From: Eledone cirrhosa | Taxonomy: Eukaryota | Direction: 5' to 3' | Assembly (NCBI GenBank): GCA_964016885.1 | Contig: OZ024741.1 | Coordinates: forward strand, 415,276,001 to 415,340,000 | DNA length: 64,000 bases | Shown here: piece by piece, positions 1 through 12,716 of the stretch | Position numbering within the stretch: position 1 is the stretch's first letter | How the letters are laid out: each line of letters begins with the position of its first letter | Made by a program: the position numbers and the translations under genes | The notes under the pieces: generated by a model | The model's input: the letters and a program-made list of their open reading frames with translations, nothing else | Told to the model about the DNA's origin: nothing | Database searches by the model: none

Positions 1-3000
1 CTCCTCCTCCATGGTAGACCATATTACTCTCAAACTCCTGTCTCACCTCCTCCTCCATGGTAGACCACATTACTCTCAAACTCCTGTCTCACCTCCTCCT
101 CCATGGTAGACCACATTACTCTCAAACTCCTGTCTCACCTCCTCCTCCATGGTAGTCCATATTACTCTCAAACTCCTGTCTCACCTCCTCCTCCATGGTA
201 GACCATATTACTGTCAAACTCCTGTCTCACCTCCTCCTCCATGGTAGTCCACATTACTCTCAAACTCCTGTCTCACCTCCTCCTCCATGGTACACCACAT
301 TACTCTCAAACTCCTGTCTCGGCTCCTCCTCCATGGTAGTCCATATTACTCTCAAACTCCTGTCTCACCTCCTCCTCCATGGTAGTCTACATTACTCTCA
401 AACTCCTGTCTCACCTCCTCCTCCATGGTAGACCATATTACTCTCAAACTCCTGTCTCACCTCCTCCTGTCTCACCTCCTCCTCCATGGTAGACCACATT
501 ACTGTCAAACTCCTGTCTCACCTCCTCCTCCATGGTAGTCCACATTACTCTCAAACTCCTGTCTCACCTCCTCCTCCATGGTACACCATATTACTCTCAA
601 ACTCCTGTCTCACCTCCTCCTCCATGGTAGTCCACATTACTCTCAAACTCCTGTCTCACCTCCTCCTCCATGGTACACCATATTACTCTCAAACTCCTGT
701 CTCACCTCCTCCTCCATGGTACACCATATTACTCTCAAACTCCTGTCTCACCTCCTCCTCCATGGTAGACCACATTACTGTCAAACTCCTGTCTCACCTC
801 CTCCTCCATGGTAGTCCACATTACTCTCAAACTCCTGTCTCACCTCCTCCTCCATGGTACACCATATTACTCTCAAACTCCTGTCTCACCTCCTCCTCCA
901 TGGTACACCATATTACTCTCAAACTCCTGTCTCACCTCCTCTTCCATGGTACACCATATTACTCTCAAACTCCTGTCTCACCTCCTCCTCCATGGTAGTC
1001 CACATTACTGTCAAACTCCTGTCTCACCTCCTCCTCCATGGTAGTCCACATTACTCTCAAACTCCTGTCTCACCTCCTCCTCCATGGTAGACCACATTAC
1101 TCTCAAACTCCTGTCTCACCTCCTCCTCCATGGTACACCACATTACTCTCAAACTCCTGTCTCACCTCCTCCTCCATGGTAGACCACATTACTCTCAAAC
1201 TCCTGTCTCACCTCCTCCTCCATGGTAGTCCATATTACTCTCAAACTCCTGTCTCACCTCCTCCTCCATGGTAGTCCACATTACTCTCAAACTTCTGTCT
1301 CACCTCCTCCTCCATGGTAGTCCACATTACTCTCAAACTCCTGTCTCACCTCCTCCTCCATGGTAGTCCACATTACTCTCAAACTCCTGTCTCACCACCT
1401 CCTCCATGGTAGACCACATTACTCTCAAACTCCTGTCTCACCTCCTCCTCCATGGTAGTCCACATTACTCTCAAACTCCTGTCTCACCTCCTCCTCCATG
1501 GTAGTCCATATTACTCTCAAACTCCTGTCTCACCTCCTCCTCCATGGTAGTCCACATTACTGTCAAACTCCTGTCTCACCTCTTCCTCCATGGTACACCA
1601 CATTACTGTCAAACTCCTGTCTCACCTCCTCCTCCATGGTAGTCCACATTACTCTCAAACTCCTGTCTCACCTCCTCCTCAATGGTACACCACATTACTC
1701 TCAAACTCCTGTCTCACCTCCTCCTCCATGGTAGACCACATTACTGTCAAACTCCTGTCTCACCACCTCCTCCATGGTAGTCCACATTACTCTCAAACTC
1801 CTGTCTCACCTCCTCCTCCATGGTACACCACATTACTCTCAAACTCCTGTCTCACCACCTCCTCCATGGTAGTCCACATTACTCTCAAACTCCTGTCTCA
1901 CCTCCTCCTCCATGGTAGTCCACATTACTCTCAAACTCCTGTCTCACCTCCTCCATGGTAGTCCACATTACTCTCAAACTCCTGTCTCACCACCTCCTCC
2001 ATGGTAGTCCACATTACTCTCAAACTCCTGTCTCACCTCCTCCTCCATGGTAGACCACATTACTCTCAAACTCCTGTCTCACCTCCTCCTCCATGGTACA
2101 CCACATTACTCTCAAACTCCTGTCTCACCTCCTCCTCCATGGTAGACCACATTACTCTCAAACTCCTGTCTCACCTCCTCCTCCATGGTAGTCCATATTA
2201 CTCTCAAACTCCTGTCTCACCTCCTCCTCCATGGTAGTCCATATTACTCTCAAACTCCTGTCTCACCTCCTCCTCCATGGTAGTCCACATTACTCTCAAA
2301 CTCCTGTCTCACCTCCTCCTCCATGGTAGTCCACATTACTCTCAAACTCCTGTCTCACCTCCTCCTCCATGGTAGACCACATTACTCTCAAATTCCTGTC
2401 TCACCTCCTCCTCCATGGTACACCACATTACTCTCAAACTCCTGTCTCACCACCTCCTACATGGTAGACCATATTACTCTCAAACTCCTGTCTCACCTCC
2501 TCCTCCATGGTAGACCATATTACTCTCAAACTCCTGTCTCACCTCCTCCTCCATGGTACACCACATTACTCTCAAACTCCTGTCTCACCTCCTCCTCCAT
2601 GGTAGTCCATATTACTCTCAAACTCCTGTCTCACCTCCTCCTCCATGGTAGTCCACATTACTCTCAAACTCCTGTCTCACCTCCTCCTCCATGGTAGTCC
2701 ACATTACTCTCAAACTCCTGTCTCACCTCCTCCTCCATGGTAGTCCACATTACTCTCAAACTCCTGTCTCACCCCCTCCTCCATGGTACACCACATTACT
2801 GTCAGAAACTCCTGTCTCACCCCCTCCTCCATGGTACACCACATTACTGTCAGAAACTCCTGTCTCACCCCCTCCTCCATGGTACACCACATTACTGTCA
2901 GAAACTCCTGTCTCACCTCCTCCTCCATGGTACACCACATTACTGTCAAACTCCTGTCTCACCTCCTCCTCCATGGTAGTCCACATTACTCTCAAACTCC

Positions 3001-6000
3001 TGTCTCACCTCCTCCTCCATGGTAGACCACATTACTGTCAGAAACTCCTGCCTCACCTCCTCCTCCATGGTACACCACATTACTGTCAAACTCCTGTCTC
3101 ACCTCCTCCTCCATGGTACACCACATTACTCTCAAACTCCTGTCTCACCTCCTCCTCCATGGTAGACCACATTACTGTCAGAAACTCCTGCCTCACCTCC
3201 TCCTCCATGGTACACCACATTACTGTCAAACTCCTGTCTCACCTCCTCCTCCATGGTACACCACATTACTCTCAAACTCCTGTCTCACCACCTCCTCCAT
3301 GGTAGACCACATTACTGTCAAACTCCTGTCTCACCTCCTCCTCCATGGTAGACCACATTACTCTCAAACTCCTGTCTCACCTCCACCTCCATGGTAGACC
3401 ACATTACTGTCAGAAACTCCTGCCTCACCTCCTCCTCCATGGTACACCACATTACTGTCAAACTCCTGTCTCACCTCCTCCTCCATGGTACACCACATTA
3501 CTCTCAAACTCCTGTCTCACCACCTCCTCCATGGTACACCACATTACTGTCAAACTCCTGTCTCACCTCCTCCTCCATGGTAGACCATATTACTGTCAAA
3601 CTCCTGCCTCACCTCCTCCTCCATGGTACACCACATTACTCTCAAACTCCTGTCTCACCACCTCCTCCATGGTACACCACATTACTGTCAAACTCCTGTC
3701 TCACCTCCTCCTCCATGGTAGACCATATTACTGTCAAACTCCTGCCTCACCTCCTCCTCCATGGTACACCACATTACTCTCAAACTCCTGTCTCACCACC
3801 TCCTGCATGGTACACCACATTACTGTCAAACTCCTGTCTCACCTCCTCCTCCATGGTAGACCATATTACTGTCAAACTCCTGTCTCACCTCCTCCTCCAT
3901 GCTACACCACATTACTCTCAAACTCCTGTCTCACCACCTCCTCCATGGTACACCACATTACTGTCAAACTCCTGTCTCACCTCCTCCTCCATGGTAGACC
4001 ATATTACTGTCAAACTCCTGCCTCACCTCCTCCTCCATGGTACACCACATTACTCTCAAACTCCTGTCTCACCACCTCCTCCATGGTACACCACATTACT
4101 GTCAAACTCCTGTCTCACCTCCTCCTGCATGGTACACCACATTACTCTCAAACTCCTGTCTCACCACCTCCTCCATGGTACACCACATTACTCTCAAACT
4201 CCTGTCTCACCACCTCCTCCATGGTACACCACATTACTGTCAAACTCCTGCCTCACCTCCTCCTCCATGGTACACCACATTACTCTCAAACTCCTGTCTC
4301 ACCACCTCCTCCATGGTACACCACATTACTGTCAAACTCCTGTCTCACCTCCTCCTCCATGGTAGACCATATTACTGTCAAACTCCTGCCTCACCTCCTC
4401 CTCCATGGTACACCACATTACTCTCAAACTCCTGTCTCACCTCCTCCTCCATGGTACACCACATTACTCTCAAACTCCTGTCTCACCACCTCCTCCATGG
4501 TACACCACATTACTGTCAAACTCCTGTCTCACCTCCTCCTCCATGGTAGACCATATTACTGTCAAACTCCTGCCTCACCTCCTCCTCCATGGTACACCAC
4601 ATTACTCTCAAACTCCTGTCTCACCACCTCCTCCATGGTACACCACATTACTGTCAAACTCCTGTCTCACCTCCTCCTCCATGGTAGACCATATTACTGT
4701 CAAACTCCTGCCTCACCTCCTCCTCCATGGTACACCACATTACTGTCAGAAACTCCTGTCTCACCCCCTCCTCCATGGTACACCACATTACTGTCAGAAA
4801 CTCCTGTCTCACCCCCTCCTCCATGGTACACCACATTACTGTCAGAAACTCCTGTCTCACCTCCTCCTCCATGGTACACCACATTACTGTCCAACTCCTG
4901 TCTCACCACCTCCTCCATGGTACACCACATTACTGTCAAACTCCTGTCTCACCTCCTCCTCCATGGTAGACCATATTACTGTCAAACTCCTGCCTCACCT
5001 CCTCCTCCATGGTACACCACATTACTCTCAAACTCCTGTCTCACCACCTCCTCCATGGTACACCACATTACTGTCAAACTCCTGTCTCACCACCTCCTCC
5101 ATGGTAGACCATATTACTCTCAAACTCCTATCTCACCACCTCCTCCATGGTAGACCATATTACTCTCAAACTCCTGTCTCACCTCCTCCTCCATGGTAGT
5201 CTACATTACTCTCAAACTCCTGTCTCACCTCCTCCTCCATGGTAGTCCACATTACTGTCAAACTCCTGTCTCACCTCCTCCTCCATGGTACACCATATTA
5301 CTCTCAAACTCCTGTCTCACCTCCTCATCCATGGTACACCACATTACTCTCAAACTCCTGTCTCACCTCCTCCTCCATGGTACACCATATTACTCTCAAA
5401 CTCCTGTCTCACCTCCTCCTCCATGGTACACCATATTACTCTCAAACTCCTGTCTCACCTCCTCCTCCATGGTACACCATATTACTCTCAAACTCCTGTC
5501 TCACCTCCTCCTCCATGGGAGACCACATTACTGTCAAACTCCTGTCTCACCTCCTCCTCCATGGTAGTCCACATTACTCTCAAACTCCTGTCTCACCTCC
5601 TCCATGGTAGTCCACATTACTGTCAAATTCCTGTCTCACCTCCTCCTCCATGGTACACCATATTACTCTCAAACTCCTGTCTCACCTCCTCCTCCATGGT
5701 ACACCATATTACTGTCAAACTCCTGTCTCACCTCCTCCTCCATGGTAGTCCATATTACTCTCAAACTCCTGTCTCACCTCCTCCTCCATGGTAGACCACA
5801 TTACTCTCAAACTCCTGTCTCACCACCTCCTCCATGGTACACCATATTACTCTCAAACTCCTGTCTCACCTCCTCCTCCATGGTAGACCACATTACTCTC
5901 AAACTCCTGTCTCACCTCCTCCTCCATGGTACACCACATTACTCTCAAACTCCTGTCTCACCTCCTCCTCCATGGTAGACCATATTACTCTCAAACTCCT

Positions 6001-9000
6001 GTCTCACCTCCTCCTCCATGGTAGACCACATTACTCTCAAACTCCTGTCTCACCTCCTCCTCCATGGTACACCACATTACTCTCAAACTCCTGTCTCACT
6101 TCCTCCTCCATGGTAGACCATATTACTCTCAAACTCCTGTCTCACCTCCTCCTCCATGGTAGACCACATTACTCACAAACTCCTGTCTCACCTCCTCCTC
6201 CATGGTAGTCCATATTACTCTCAAACTCCTGTCTCACCTCCTCCTCCATGGTAGACCACATTACTCTCAAACTCCTGTCTCACCTCCTCCTCCATGGTAG
6301 TCCATATTACTCTCAAACTCCTGTCTCACCTCCTCCTCCATGGTAGACCACATTACTGTCAAACTCCTGTCTCACCTCCTCCTCCATGGTAGTCCACATT
6401 ACTCTCAAACTCCTGTCTCACCTCCTCCTCCATGGTACACCACATTACTCTCAAACTCCTGTCTCACCTCCTCCTCCATGGTAGTCCATATTACTCTCAA
6501 ACTCCTGTCTCACCTCCTCCTCCATGGTAGTCCACATTACTCTCAAACTCCTGTCTCACCTCCTCCTCCATGGTAGACCATATTACTCTCAAACTCCTGT
6601 CTCACCTCCTCCTGTCTCACCTCCTCCTCCATGGTAGACCACATTACTGTCAAACTCCTGTCTCACCTCCTCCTCCATGGTAGTCCACATTACTCTCAAA
6701 CTCCTGTCTCACCTCCTCCTCCATGGTACACCATATTACTCTCAAACTCCTGTCTCACCTCCTCCTCCATGGTAGTCCACATTACTCTCAAACTCCTGTC
6801 TCACCTCCTCCTCCATGGTACACCATATTACTCTCAAACTCCTGTCTCACCTCCTCCTCCATGGTACACCATATTACTCTCAAACTCCTGTCTCACCTCC
6901 TCCTCCATGGTAGACCACATTACTGTCAAACTCCTGTCTCACCTCCTCCTCCATGGTAGTCCACATTACTCTCAAACTCCTGTCTCACCTCCTCCTCCAT
7001 GGTACACCATATTACTCTCAAACTCCTGTCTCACCTCCTCCTCCATGGTACACCATATTACTCTCAAACTCCTGTCTCACCTCCTCCTCCATGGTACACC
7101 ATATTACTCTCAAACTCCTGTCTCACCTCCTCCTCCATGGTAGTCCACATTACTGTCAAACTCCTGTCTCACCTCCTCCTCCATGGTAGTCCACATTACT
7201 GTCAAACTCCTGTCTCACCTCCTCCTCCATGGTACACCACATTACTCTCAAACTCCTGTCTCACCTCCTCCTCCATGGTACACCACATTACTCTCAAACT
7301 CCTGTCTCACCTCCTCCTCCATGGTACACCACATTACTCTCAAACTCCTGTCTCACCTCCTCCTCCATGGTAGACCATATTACTCTCAAACTCCTGTCTC
7401 ACCTCCTCCTCCATGGTAGACCACATTACTCTCAAACTCCTGTCTCACCTCCTCCTCCATGGTAGACCACATTACTCTCAAACTCCTGTCTCACCTCCTC
7501 CTCCATGGTAGTCCATATTACTCTCAAACTCCTGTCTCACCTCCTCCTCCATGGTAGACCATATTACTGTCAAACTCCTGTCTCACCTCCTCCTCCATGG
7601 TAGTCCACATTACTCTCAAACTCCTGTCTCACCTCCTCCTCCATGGTACACCACATTACTCTCAAACTCCTGTCTCACCTCCTCCTCCATGGTAGTCCAT
7701 ATTACTCTCAAACTCCTGTCTCACCTCCTCCTCCATGGTAGTCTACATTACTCTCAAACTCCTGTCTCACCTCCTCCTCCATGGTAGACCATATTACTCT
7801 CAAACTCCTGTCTCACCTCCTCCTGTCTCACCTCCTCCTCCATGGTAGACCACATTACTGTCAAACTCCTGTCTCACCTCCTCCTCCATGGTAGTCCACA
7901 TTACTCTCAAACTCCTGTCTCACCTCCTCCTCCATGGTACACCATATTACTCTCAAACTCCTGTCTCACCTCCTCCTCCATGGTAGTCCACATTACTCTC
8001 AAACTCCTGTCTCACCTCCTCCTCCATGGTACACCATATTACTCTCAAACTCCTGTCTCACCTCCTCCTCCATGGTACACCATATTACTCTCAAACTCCT
8101 GTCTCACCTCCTCCTCCATGGTAGACCACATTACTGTCAAACTCCTGTCTCACCTCCTCCTCCATGGTAGTCCACATTACTCTCAAACTCCTGTCTCACC
8201 TCCTCCTCCATGGTACACCATATTACTCTCAAACTCCTGTCTCACCTCCTCCTCCATGGTACACCATATTACTCTCAAACTCCTGTCTCACCTCCTCTTC
8301 CATGGTACACCATATTACTCTCAAACTCCTGTCTCACCTCCTCCTCCATGGTAGTCCACATTACTGTCAAACTCCTGTCTCACCTCCTCCTCCATGGTAG
8401 TCCACATTACTCTCAAACTCCTGTCTCACCTCCTCCTCCATGGTAGACCACATTACTCTCAAACTCCTGTCTCACCTCCTCCTCCATGGTACACCACATT
8501 ACTCTCAAACTCCTGTCTCACCTCCTCCTCCATGGTAGACCACATTACTCTCAAACTCCTGTCTCACCTCCTCCTCCATGGTAGTCCATATTACTCTCAA
8601 ACTCCTGTCTCACCTCCTCCTCCATGGTAGTCCACATTACTCTCAAACTTCTGTCTCACCTCCTCCTCCATGGTAGTCCACATTACTCTCAAACTCCTGT
8701 CTCACCTCCTCCTCCATGGTAGTCCACATTACTCTCAAACTCCTGTCTCACCACCTCCTCCATGGTAGACCACATTACTCTCAAACTCCTGTCTCACCTC
8801 CTCCTCCATGGTAGTCCACATTACTCTCAAACTCCTGTCTCACCTCCTCCTCCATGGTAGTCCATATTACTCTCAAACTCCTGTCTCACCTCCTCCTCCA
8901 TGGTAGTCCACATTACTGTCAAACTCCTGTCTCACCTCTTCCTCCATGGTACACCACATTACTGTCAAACTCCTGTCTCACCTCCTCCTCCATGGTAGTC

Positions 9001-10595
9001 CACATTACTCTCAAACTCCTGTCTCACCTCCTCCTCAATGGTACACCACATTACTCTCAAACTCCTGTCTCACCTCCTCCTCCATGGTAGACCACATTAC
9101 TGTCAAACTCCTGTCTCACCACCTCCTCCATGGTAGTCCACATTACTCTCAAACTCCTGTCTCACCTCCTCCTCCATGGTACACCACATTACTCTCAAAC
9201 TCCTGTCTCACCACCTCCTCCATGGTAGTCCACATTACTCTCAAACTCCTGTCTCACCTCCTCCTCCATGGTAGTCCACATTACTCTCAAACTCCTGTCT
9301 CACCTCCTCCATGGTAGTCCACATTACTCTCAAACTCCTGTCTCACCACCTCCTCCATGGTAGTCCACATTACTCTCAAACTCCTGTCTCACCTCCTCCT
9401 CCATGGTAGACCACATTACTCTCAAACTCCTGTCTCACCTCCTCCTCCATGGTACACCACATTACTCTCAAACTCCTGTCTCACCTCCTCCTCCATGGTA
9501 GACCACATTACTCTCAAACTCCTGTCTCACCTCCTCCTCCATGGTAGTCCATATTACTCTCAAACTCCTGTCTCACCTCCTCCTCCATGGTAGTCCATAT
9601 TACTCTCAAACTCCTGTCTCACCTCCTCCTCCATGGTAGTCCACATTACTCTCAAACTCCTGTCTCACCTCCTCCTCCATGGTAGTCCACATTACTCTCA
9701 AACTCCTGTCTCACCTCCTCCTCCATGGTAGACCACATTACTCTCAAATTCCTGTCTCACCTCCTCCTCCATGGTACACCACATTACTCTCAAACTCCTG
9801 TCTCACCACCTCCTACATGGTAGACCATATTACTCTCAAACTCCTGTCTCACCTCCTCCTCCATGGTAGACCATATTACTCTCAAACTCCTGTCTCACCT
9901 CCTCCTCCATGGTACACCACATTACTCTCAAACTCCTGTCTCACCTCCTCCTCCATGGTAGTCCATATTACTCTCAAACTCCTGTCTCACCTCCTCCTCC
10001 ATGGTAGTCCACATTACTCTCAAACTCCTGTCTCACCTCCTCCTCCATGGTAGTCCACATTACTCTCAAACTCCTGTCTCACCTCCTCCTCCATGGTAGT
10101 CCACATTACTCTCAAACTCCTGTCTCACCACCTCCTCCACGGTAGACCACATTACTGTCAAACTCCTGTCTCACCTCCTCCTCCATGGTAGACCACATTA
10201 CTCTCAAACTCCTGTCTCACCTCCTCCTCCATGGTACACCACATTACTCTCAAACTCCTGTCTCACCTCCTCCTCCATGGTAGTCCATATTACTCTCAAA
10301 CTCCTGTCTCACCTCCTCCTCCATGGTAGTCCACATTACTGTCAAACTCCTGTCTCACCTCTTCCTCCATGGTACACCACATTACTGTCAAACTCCTGTC
10401 TCACCTCCTCCTCCATGGTAGTCCACATTACTCTCAAACTCCTGTCTCACCTCCTCCTCCATGGTACACCACATTACTGTCAAACTCCTGTCTCACCTCC
10501 TCGTCCATGGTAGTCCACATTACTCTCAAACTCCTGTCTCACCTCCTCCTCCATGGTACACCACATTACTCTCAAACTCCTGTCTCACCTCCACC
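1..10595. repeat. 46-bp tandem satellite (~230 units; consensus CTCACCTCCTCCTCCATGGTA[GA/GT/CA]CCA[C/T]ATTACT[C/G]TCAAACTCCTGT), runs off the left edge; presumed intronic
   Basis: A 46-nt period is directly visible, with one CCATGG per unit and variation concentrated at 4-5 positions. The array ends abruptly at ~10595, about 110 nt before the acceptor at 10705. Confidence 0.98.
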
Positions 10596-10705
10596 ACACA
10601 TGTTATTGTGTATCTGGAACCACTTATATGTCGGGGTTGTATTAGTAATTCTACTAAATATTTTAGTCATTGAAACTCTATTTACTAAGCTATCTACTGT
10701 TATAG

Positions 10706-10776
10706 AAGCAGCACCATATTCTATGACTAAAGACCAATTAAGACTGCGAGAATCTGTTAGAGACAGCATCACCATG
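10706..10776 (+). CDS. rec8: Internal coding exon A of Rad21/Rec8-family kleisin (REC8-like): (x)AAPYSMTKDQLRLRESVRDSITM
   Basis: Acceptor ctactgttatag| (10705) and donor ATG|gtatgt (10777). It ends in phase 0 and joins exon B to give 'DSITMIEAQP', resembling the kleisin 'IT[M/I/L]xE' motif (RAD21 EEITMRE; REC8 EAITILEAEP, recalled). Tandem acceptors TAG-AAG-CAG make the start uncertain by 3-6 nt. Confidence 0.7.
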
Positions 10777-10896
10777 GTATGTTGGCTCTTGTTTTCTTTC
10801 AAATATTTTACTCATTTATAAATTGTCCTGCCATTATCCTTGGAAGTTTGGTCTGTTGATGCTCTGAGGTAGTTTAAATCATATGTCGGTGGTGTC

Positions 10897-11175
10897 AAGG
10901 TGTGTGGCTTTGTGGTTAGGGTATTCAACTCAAGATTGTAAAGTTGTCAGTTTGTTTCCTGGCAGTGCATTGTGTCATTCAGCAAGACACTTTATTTCAT
11001 GTTGCTCCAGTTTACTCAACTGAGTTGTACCTGTAATTTGAAGAGTCAGCCTTGTCACATTCTGTGTCATGCTGAATCTTCCTGAGAACTATGTTAAAGG
11101 TATGCATAGCCACTTATACGTTAACTTCATGAGCAGGTTGTTCTGTTGTATCAACTAAAATACTCATCACAACCG
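10897..11175 (+). mobile_element. Degenerate tRNA-derived SINE-like fragment
   Basis: A-box-like TGGCTTTGTGGTTAGGG near 10904, followed by 'tgtgtcattcagcaagacactttatttcatgttgctccag'. This resembles the conserved central domain of invertebrate tRNA-SINEs (recalled, not searched). Boundaries are approximate. Confidence 0.5.
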
Positions 11176-11426
11176 GCAGAGTGCCACTAATGTCACTGGT
11201 ACTTTCAGAGAGTAACACCAATAATCACCTCATGACGTATCAAGGAATTGAAAGAGCAAGAGTAATTTTTCATTTTTCTTTATGTTATTTTAGGTTTATT
11301 TATGTAATTGTTCAACTAATAGCTGTCTGACGAGGTCATAACTGTGGCATAACAGTTATCATTGAAATATGTATTACAGCAATTGTGTAATGAAAAAATG
11401 AAGTAAATTCTAACCTGTGGACTTAT

Positions 11427-11582
11427 AATGCTTTCCAGCAAAGATACGTCTCTTTACGGTCTGTGTTCAAATCCCGCCGAGGTTGACTTTGCCTTTCATC
11501 CTTATAGGGTCGATAAAATAAAGTACCAATAATGTACTGGGTAATTGCTGGCCTTGTGCCAAAAGTAGAAACAATTATTAAA
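11427..11582 (+). mobile_element. tRNA-derived SINE fragment (octopus-type), copy 1
   Basis: Pol III B-box GTTCAAATCC at 11465-11474, then 'gccgaggttgactttgcctttcatcc...gtcgataaaataaagtacca' and an AATTATT tail. A diverged second copy lies at ~12035-12190. Confidence 0.65.
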
Positions 11583-11650
11583 ATTATACTTGCATACTTC
11601 ATTGAGTGCTCTATTTTGCATACACTAGTGTCGGTTATTTAACCAACACA

Positions 11651-11696
11651 TATTATATATATATATATATAGAGAGAGAGATATGTGTGTGTGTAT
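11651..11696. repeat. Compound microsatellite (TA)n(GA)n(TG)n
   Basis: tattatatatatatatatatagagagagagatatgtgtgtgtgtatg is read directly. Confidence 0.9.
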
Positions 11697-12034
11697 GCGA
11701 AAAGTAAACAAAACAACACAGAAAAACGATACAGTACAATGTAAATATATTTTAGTTTAATACCTGATACAGTAGGAAAAGAGTTTTAAAGTTTCTGATG
11801 CTAGTCCTTCATCATAAAATAGAATGAGTTATAAAAGAAAGATATAGGAGAGTGAGGGATAATGTTGAGAAGAGAAAAGTGGTGGTGAGTTGTGGGATAT
11901 TGTTATGCAGAAAGCAATGTAAAAAGTCCAATGATCCAAAGAGATATAGAAGTTCTTGTAAAGTCTCGGTAAAATTCAGTTTCAGGGTGAAAATCTAAAG
12001 TAGATCCTCATTTAATGTCTGTTCTCCTGGGCCG

Positions 12035-12190
12035 TGAATTGACAGTGTTGTTAAAATGTCAGGATGTTTTGCAGTACTTGTCCTAGCTCTCTTCTCTCTG
12101 AGTTTAAATCCTGCCACAGGCAACTTTACCTTTCATCTTTTCATGGTTGATAAAAAGTACCAGTCAAGTACTGGGATCAATTCCTCCTCT
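12035..12190 (+). mobile_element. tRNA-derived SINE fragment, diverged copy 2 of the family at 11427
   Basis: 'gagtttaaatcctgccacaggcaactttacctttcatcttttcatggttgataaaaagtaccagtcaagtactggg' aligns by eye with 11463-11541. Confidence 0.6.
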
Positions 12191-12281
12191 AATATCTCTT
12201 TATCAGTTTCTCTTTCATTCTCTATCCTTCTCTGGCAGAAATCTACTATGTTCAGACCTGGAGAGATGGGCTCCGCCAGGC

Positions 12282-12459
12282 TTAACCCATTAGCATTTAA
12301 ACCAGCCATAACTGGTTTCTCATACTGATGTTAAGGTATTGTTCTCAAAATAAATAATATCAAAATCTCGTAGATTCAATATTATGTGAGATAATTATAA
12401 AGCCTTTATCACAAAAATACAATAGTATATATAGAGTAATGTAAATGCTAAAGTGCTAA
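12282..12459. mobile_element. ~178-bp MITE with piggyBac-like ends (TTAA + CCC.. terminal inverted repeat)
   Basis: The left end TTAACCCATTAGCATTTA (12282-12299) and right end TAAATGCTAAAGTGCTAA (12442-12459) match 15/18 as reverse complements. The interior is AT-rich and non-coding. Confidence 0.6.
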
Positions 12460-12574
12460 GAAATGCCCTAGAAATGATGTATGCCACAATGGAACCCCTA
12501 CAACTCCATCAGGAGTTACAGTACCATACAATACCCAGTTTTAATGATCAACTTATCTTCGTTCTCTATTGTAG

Positions 12575-12699
12575 ATTGAAGCACAACCTGATTTACCATC
12601 ATTTGATGCTGGAGGTCTTCAAATGATCATAAGTGACCAAACCGATCTTAATATTTCTATACCAGTAACAACTACAGATGCCTTAGCTGAACCACCAAA
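12575..12699 (+). CDS. rec8: Internal coding exon B of REC8-like kleisin: IEAQPDLPSFDAGGLQMIISDQTDLNISIPVTTTDALAEPP(K)
   Basis: Strong acceptor cttatcttcgttctctattgtag| (12574). The 125 nt are stop-free in phase 0. The donor is AA|gttagt (12700), and its phase 2 matches exon C (AA+G = Lys). This exon is absent from the ORF track. Confidence 0.75.
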
Positions 12700-12716
12700 G
12701 TTAGTGAACTTTTACG

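Noticed and set aside
195-10673. Dozens of ORFs up to 602 aa with extensin-like SPPPP / His-Leu-rich repeats
   Set aside because: They are translations of a 46-bp unit (not a multiple of 3), so the same three peptides rotate through all frames. The ATG comes from the CCATGG in every unit, and stops and indels are scattered freely. Not an extensin or mucin gene.
10369-10821. 150-aa ORF with an apparent transmembrane segment fused to repeat
   Set aside because: It is chance read-through from satellite across intron sequence into exon A. Only 10706-10776 has splice support.
11465-11474. tRNA gene (B-box GTTCAAATCC)
   Set aside because: No cloverleaf or intact A-box at proper spacing, and the downstream sequence matches a second dispersed copy. 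This points to a SINE head rather than a tRNA.
12056-12328. 90-aa ORF with signal-peptide-like N-terminus
   Set aside because: It overlaps a SINE fragment, a CT-rich stretch and the MITE end inside an intron. No recognisable family.
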